Source of the DNA: Strigamia acuminata
Lineage: Eukaryota
Direction of reading: 5' to 3'
DNA length: 64,000 bases
Assembly (NCBI GenBank): GCA_949358305.1
Contig: OX442314.1
Coordinates: forward strand, 7,006,001 to 7,070,000
Position numbers and translations under genes: made by a program. Below are positions 59,601-64,000 of the stretch, one piece after another (position 1 is the first letter of the stretch; every line of letters starts with the position of its first letter). Under the pieces are notes generated by a model. That model worked only from the letters and a program-made list of their open reading frames with translations, searched no databases and was not told where the DNA came from.

Positions 59601-60436
59601 TGCCCTCGCCTCGATCCAATTCACGAACAACGACATCGAGAACTCGAAAACCAAACATATTCGAGTGAAGTTCCATTGGCTTCGAGAATGGCATATTGCC
59701 GGGTGCTTCGAACTCCGCAAAATTCCGGGTGAAATAAATGTTTCAGATATTTTCACGAAATGGCTTAGTTCCGAACGCCTCCGAAATTTGTTGTCCCGGA
59801 TCTTCATCTCGAAATAATTTCATCGAACTGTTAATATCGACATTGCACATCGAAGGAGGGAATTGTTGGTCCTTGAAACCACTTCGGACGTTTATTTAAC
59901 GCTTTTTCGATGCACAATGACGCTACCTGAACTTTTTCACATCATTGGTCGTTATATTTCCTTTCCCCAAATGATTTGGTGTTTATTTCCTACTTAACTG
60001 GTTGTTACCAGTTTATTTCCGTATATTTACTTTATGTTGTAAGGGAAATGCATGGTGCCTGCATTAACTGTGTCTTAACACACTGGGCATCATGCATCGC
60101 CTATCTGTTTATACCTGTGAGTCGCTCGCTTCTGTCACCAGAGCGCACTCCCTTTTATTCCAAGATGGCGACGCACACTGCTAAGTGTGCTCCTGTGCTT
60201 TTCAATCCTGTTTTCGTAAGTTTTAGGTTAATAAATCGTTTATTTTGTTTATAAATAATTCGTTTCTTGTGTCTGCACGTAGATAAGTGCAGACACCACG
60301 CAAATTCGACCAGAACCGGCTCGAATTCGCGTACACGACGCGCCGCACGTCTCGTGCGTGCTATATCGTGCGTGTTGGCTTATTTTTAAGCGTTTCCACT
60401 GCCTAGTCTGTGCTGTTTTTGCAGCATACCACCACA
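53617..60436 (+). mobile_element. Copia-3: intact young Copia carrying an MBD domain
   Basis: 573-bp LTRs at 53617-54189 and 59864-60436 look identical. TSD GTATG. PBS TGGTAGCAGAGG at 54192-54203. PPT at 59852-59863. Confidence 0.98.
54877..59817 (+). CDS. Copia gag-PR-IN-MBD-RT-RH polyprotein (1646 aa from first ATG)
   Basis: Uninterrupted ORF with CCHC, WIVDCGAT, LWHARLGH, rve, an MBD-like GWRREEHLRK...KVDVYYYPEHGVRLRSRGDIERY at about 58063-58230, YVDD and RNase H. Confidence 0.95.
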   Translation: MKKATDQSSGHVPILVTGNYEHWHRAIKMLLMSDGVWHHVTETEELVKANVDEDVWRKWQRRKARALGTIYCHVSQAKQSALDGCTTPKQAWDILAKIYAPSSLARQAAMRREFLQLKLEPGEEMADFLSRVDLMVRQLKDVGEDILPRHHAYQYLDFLPDEYDQATFAIYHWPLAEFTPAKVSEQLLSEYLRLKSHSNRNSTNSSAYATGRQGRNQSRPPRPLAQVRCFNCNELGHYANKCQHPRKQTTGQQPVATFQTRSRSKSRRRNKGSNPNVNPNQQQQGQFRESSRPRRDAAYLLSAPPAIQVPTVHFVQSHEWIVDCGATDHVSHVKSWFLDFVEVVPFNIELGQGSSKVTGKGNVPVKSLIDGCECTVLLRDVLYAPDFGANLISVSRVDKCGHHIHIYNSELHTYGTDIKQSVLRAKQKSGLYFVDGLISPFASPTVVSSTPPIPMSPPTTAPMTLITKEEDFPAMPSKKSKKISNVEMTDFRLPISPNTLLVPSPSPIIPNPVAGSKPQQIRMYSNVLSSPPSPVATTTAVPPPKKVITPTANVADATGLWHARLGHLHTKAMRTLANNSQVYGLDPAAVRQELSCNSCRIAKSTRASHKPIPTPSTTKPLELLHMDVWGPSRLISIGGADYAFSIVDDATRYSWIFPIARKSDVFTTFKDFVSRVERITDSRVKSIRTDRGGEFISKTFDRYLADKGIVAQRTNPGSPQMNGVAERLNRTMGDYLRSITSETGFPHTLWAELAVTFSYVKNRSPHSKLNDEVPYVLWRQRALSVKHFRKIGSKCWVHFTAPGRNKMDPRAWEGFLVGYASNTRGYRVWNPATNTVTESVHVQIDERQNFKRSPFYVPDPYENAPFMEEPSRVTTPSRVTFDDGAFPSVPWSRRRRDSDDESSNDDDEFRHRAPSSASSVASYRSVLEEVEEDIADELPPPILFADDVPEDIDLDVTPDPPLPLYRPRRRLRPDALARQPHTPEASDSELDVDHDIEQFFERYPERDFEHDPEDDPLDNLLDDLLDKAAALPAAAATPAPPLAPLRALHCPYRFIGGDTPFSGWRREEHLRKEQAPGKIKVDVYYYPEHGVRLRSRGDIERYCVAHQLPYEEDIFFFGNLEHQLQDEQPVHRVLMCFREPSTYAEAVKLPEAPKWTEAIDEELTTFKEREVYKEVPRPPDKTILGCKWIFRLKSDATGKIHRYRARLVAQGFRQTMGVDFDEVFSPVVNFVLIRFFFCLLVVLLGWRDLHLDVKCAYLYGDLDHEIYMRIPAGATCTSPDNVWLLTKSLYGLHQSGRMWYQKLNETLTDLGFQKFPACNCVYAFGHSAVMLVYVDDIVVFYASESIRDRILALISSKFDIVNLGPITKLLGVEFVRRDGKVFMSQRSYIDKLLKKFNVSSDALIKVPVTPGTTLVKGSLDNLPDFPYRSLIGSLLFLASRTRPDILYSVIALSQYNNCYDHRHIKCLLQVLKYVANTSDFSIELSGCNSSQLWGYTDASWASDIATSRSFGGYIFYIGCVPIGWSCKKQTSVACSTMEAEFVALVEIVKELYWLDSIYRVFPPLNRLSKPIIFSDALASIQFTNNDIENSKTKHIRVKFHWLREWHIAGCFELRKIPGEINVSDIFTKWLSSERLRNLLSRIFISK

Positions 60437-63400
60437 GTATGTTCTCCAATTCGCCAGAAGTTGACTTCACAAGATATCTCAAATCTCCTAATTTTTCCAC
60501 AACTACACCCTCCTCCCATTTTCCGAGGGAATTCAAGACCCAAACAAGGTCATCTTGATCTAGTATTCGTCGCGGTCTGTTGGAGCTCAACATATGAACT
60601 TGATCAGGCCGCACAGTGGTTACATGTGTTCTGCATTTCCAATCAAACATCAATTGTGCTGGGGTTAAACCCGTGCCTGCAGACGGTATGTTGTGTTGAT
60701 GGTATAAGAACCTCATCATCCTGGGCAACGTCTGGCTCTCTTCCAACTTCCTCATGCCGTTTTTAAACGTCTGCACCGCTTTCTCAGCCGGCCCGTTTGA
60801 CTGGGCATGATATGGCGGTGAAAACTTCTGCACAACGCCGTTTGCCATGTAAAAACTTCTAAGCTCTTGTGCCTGGAAGGGGGGGCCGTTGTCTGTCACC
60901 ACCATATCTGGTAATCCAAATGTGGCAAACCAGCGCATCAATTGTATAATAACCGCGCCGGCGGTTGTTGTAGACATCCTTGCCACCTCAATCCAGTTAG
61001 TAAAAGGATCTATCAGGACCAAGAACTTCTCGCGGTCAAGATCTGCGAAGTCTAAATGTATCCGACTCCACGGGCGAGCTGCTGGTTTCCACGATATTGG
61101 CTTCTCTTTGACCGGCTTGGGCCTGACCAGCTGGCAGCTCACACAGCTGCTCACATGATGTTCAATATCTCTATCGATCCTGGGCCACCAATACGTAACC
61201 CTGGCTAACCTCTTCATCGCGACCATGCCTGGGTGACCGGCATGCAATTGGCGCAAAACACGTTGTCTCAAAACAGTCGGAATAACAATACGATGACCGC
61301 GCAATATAACGCAGTCCTCAATTGACAACTGGTCCGAGATCGCTATCAACGCCGATATGTCGCCGTCAGATTCACCAGTCGTAACTCCATTCCTCAAAAT
61401 GTCCGCCGCTCGAACTATAGTTGCATCGCTGCACGATGCTGCCCTTATTTCTTCCCATGTTACCAAGGAGTTTCCCATTGTCATGAACATTAGATCCTGT
61501 TTTGCAAAATGTTCTGGTGCTGTCCCGGATTGTTGATCCAACGGTAAACGACTGAGTGCGTCGGCATTCAGGTGCTCCGTACCTCTGCGATATTCGATGA
61601 CATAATCAAAAGAGCTGAGAAACAACATCCAGCGTAACATCCTCAAGGGTACCACTTCTGGTATTGGTTTCTTTCGGCCAAAAAGGCCCAACAAGGGCTT
61701 GTGATCCGTAATGATCACGAACGAAAACCCCATCAGATACATCACAAAGCGTTTCACACCGAAGATCACTGACAACGCCTCACGATCCAATTGGGAATAA
61801 TTCCTCTCGGTCTGATTTAACGTGCGTGAGGCGTACGCAACCGGTCGTTCGCTACCATTGGTTCGGTGCGCTAACACAGCGCCCACGCCCACCGGGGACG
61901 CGTCTGCTGCCAATGTGATTTGGTGTTTCGGGTTGAATGGCATCAGTATCTTAGGCGAGACCAACTCGCTCTTGATCACTGCAAAAGCCTCGATATGGGC
62001 GTTGCTCCACGTCCACTCCGCGCCTTTTTGTAACAGCTGGTACAAGGGCGCCAACACTGTCGCCATGTTAGGCAAAAACATTGCGTAGAACGTAATGAGG
62101 CCCAGAAAGGCCCTTAGCTCGTGCACGTTCGTCGGGGTCGGTGCTGCTGTTATGGCCAACACCTTCCCAGATAAAGGAGCAATGCCCGCGTACGATATAC
62201 GAAACCCCAAAAAATCCACAGCGTCAACCATGAATATCGACTTCGATTTGCATAAACGCAAACCCAATTCACGGAACCGCTGGAATACCTTTCGCAACAC
62301 GATAATGTGTGCATCCTGAGTTGATGATGGAACCAACATGTCGTCCTGGTAAGGGCGTACTTCGACGATGTCCCTGAACTCCTCCTCGATTGTCCGTTGG
62401 AACTCCCCAGCAGCGGTGATGATGCCAAAAGGCATCCGCGTCACCCTAAACAAGCCCATATGGGTGTTAACGGCTACTAGGTACGACGACTCCTCGTCCA
62501 GCTCCCGCTGCTGGTACGCCTGTTGGAGATCCATCTTGGAGAAGATCACCGCATCGCCTATTGATGCCAATATGTCTGATATCTTGGGTAGCGGGTATGG
62601 ATGCGGGTACAATGCTAGATTGATGGTGGAACGATAATCCCCGCAGAGCCGCACCTCGCCATCCTTCTTGGGAACCACCACTAAAGGCGTGGCCCAACGA
62701 CTATATTTAATCGGGACTAAAATCCCTTGGCGTTGTAAATCTAAGATCGCTCTCTCTACTTTTTCCCGAAGCGCCATTGGCACTACACGTGGTCGGAAAA
62801 ATCTCGGCGGGACAGTGGTGTCGACTTCCAAATGCAGGGGTGGTCCCCTATATAGCCCCAAGCCTGGTACAAAAATATCATGATACTCTGCCAGCAAATC
62901 CTCAACCCTGCCCTGCGGTGAAGATGATGCCGTCACAGTGTTCACATTAGGGGCTTCGCGTCCGCACGTCCTCCCCAAGCTATTCAACACATTTCGACCC
63001 AAAAGGTTTGGCCCGCCATTCTCGACCACCAACATCTTAGCCGGGACTACAGTCATGTTATCGGTCAAAATTACATCTATTTTTCCATAAATACGGACCT
63101 GGTGACCGGTATACGTCCGTAACACGTCATTGGTGGGTCTCAATTGAGGACCCGACCCAAAGACTGGCCATAGTTGATGAAACGTGTCTAAAGTCAATAA
63201 CGACTGCTCGCACCCGGTGTCGATGAGCATTCGCAACGGTTGCCCATCCAAAAATACACTCAATTCAATCGGCGGGACCTGAGTGCTCTCCCCCTCAACC
63301 ATAAACACGTAAAAATCATCATCATTTGGCTGTTGTTGCCTGTCCTGTTCCCCATATTGCATATGCTGCTGTCGTTGCTGATATTGCTGTTCGTTGGGGC

Positions 63401-64000
63401 GATAACCTTGCCGTTGCTGGTGTGGGCCCCAAGCGTGGTCCAGACCCTGCTGAGGCTGACCACGATAAACTCCCGCAACCGGCCTCGCTTGATACTGCTG
63501 AGGCTGCTGGGGCTGCTGTTGCTGATAAAACTGCTGCTGCTGATAATGTTGCTGTTGTTGCTGATAATGCTGCTGTTGTTGCTGATGAGGTGCATGTTGC
63601 TGTTGATAAGGCTGCTGCTGCGTGAAACCGTCCAAACTCGGTTCCGCCATCCAATTGACCGGTACGCGACGTTGATTGAACGGTACGAAATCTTGACGAG
63701 GGCGCTGTCCCCTCTCTTGTTGCTGTTGCTGACTAATGTCCGCTTTCATGCAGACTCTGGCCAAATGACCGATTCCGCCACACCGATAACATTTGGCGTC
63801 GACGAATGGGCACGGTACACCCTTATGGTCACCGCCACAACGTTTACATTTCCCGATCAGTTGAGTGACGCTCATACTCGCCCGAGCCTGCGCGCCTCCG
63901 ACGCCCGACGCGAATGGCTGACCACGCGGTCTTGCTCGTCCAGCGTTCACGTTCATCTTCGGCACTGCGCCCTCGGGACGATACGTCTGACTTGGTGTCT

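Larger units (their letters stand above)
52966..64000 (-). mobile_element. Single-ORF Gypsy element interrupted by Copia-MBD; 5' part beyond the window
   Basis: Probable 3' LTR 52966-53233 with PPT next to 53234. The ORF from 60437 to the window edge has two CCHC-type knuckles, a Q-rich linker, LIDTGC protease, YQDD RT, RNase H and integrase. The frame resumes after the insert at 53611 (ENI|RHINHLRKR). Confidence 0.92.

Noticed and set aside
60249..60436. C-terminal extension of the Gypsy polyprotein (WWYAAKTAQ...)
   Set aside because: Read-through into the antisense Copia LTR; the true C-terminus resumes at 53611.

Overview
Eukaryotic, intron-rich animal DNA. An arthropod host is inferred; the MBD-carrying Copia points to a myriapod or chelicerate. 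Two host genes lie on the minus strand, broken up by nested transposons. (1) The 3' part of a serine palmitoyltransferase LCB2/SPTLC2 (lace-like) gene, exons 50277 to 34595. (2) A DEG/ENaC (pickpocket/ASIC-like) channel gene, 29679 to 17400 and apparently continuing left of the window, in which two channel subunits are fused in one reading frame. The rest is mostly mobile DNA: three Copia elements (one intact, with a methyl-CpG-binding domain), three Gypsy elements (one intact, with a -1 frameshift signal and an apparently spliced, non-env third gene), a pol-less element with 1.9-kb LTRs and duplicated primer-binding sites, solo LTRs, two Mutator-like foldback elements carrying RING fingers, and Tc3-like, hAT, Harbinger, P and CACTA non-autonomous elements. 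Boundaries, target-site duplications (TSDs) and splice sites were read by eye. No database searches were run.
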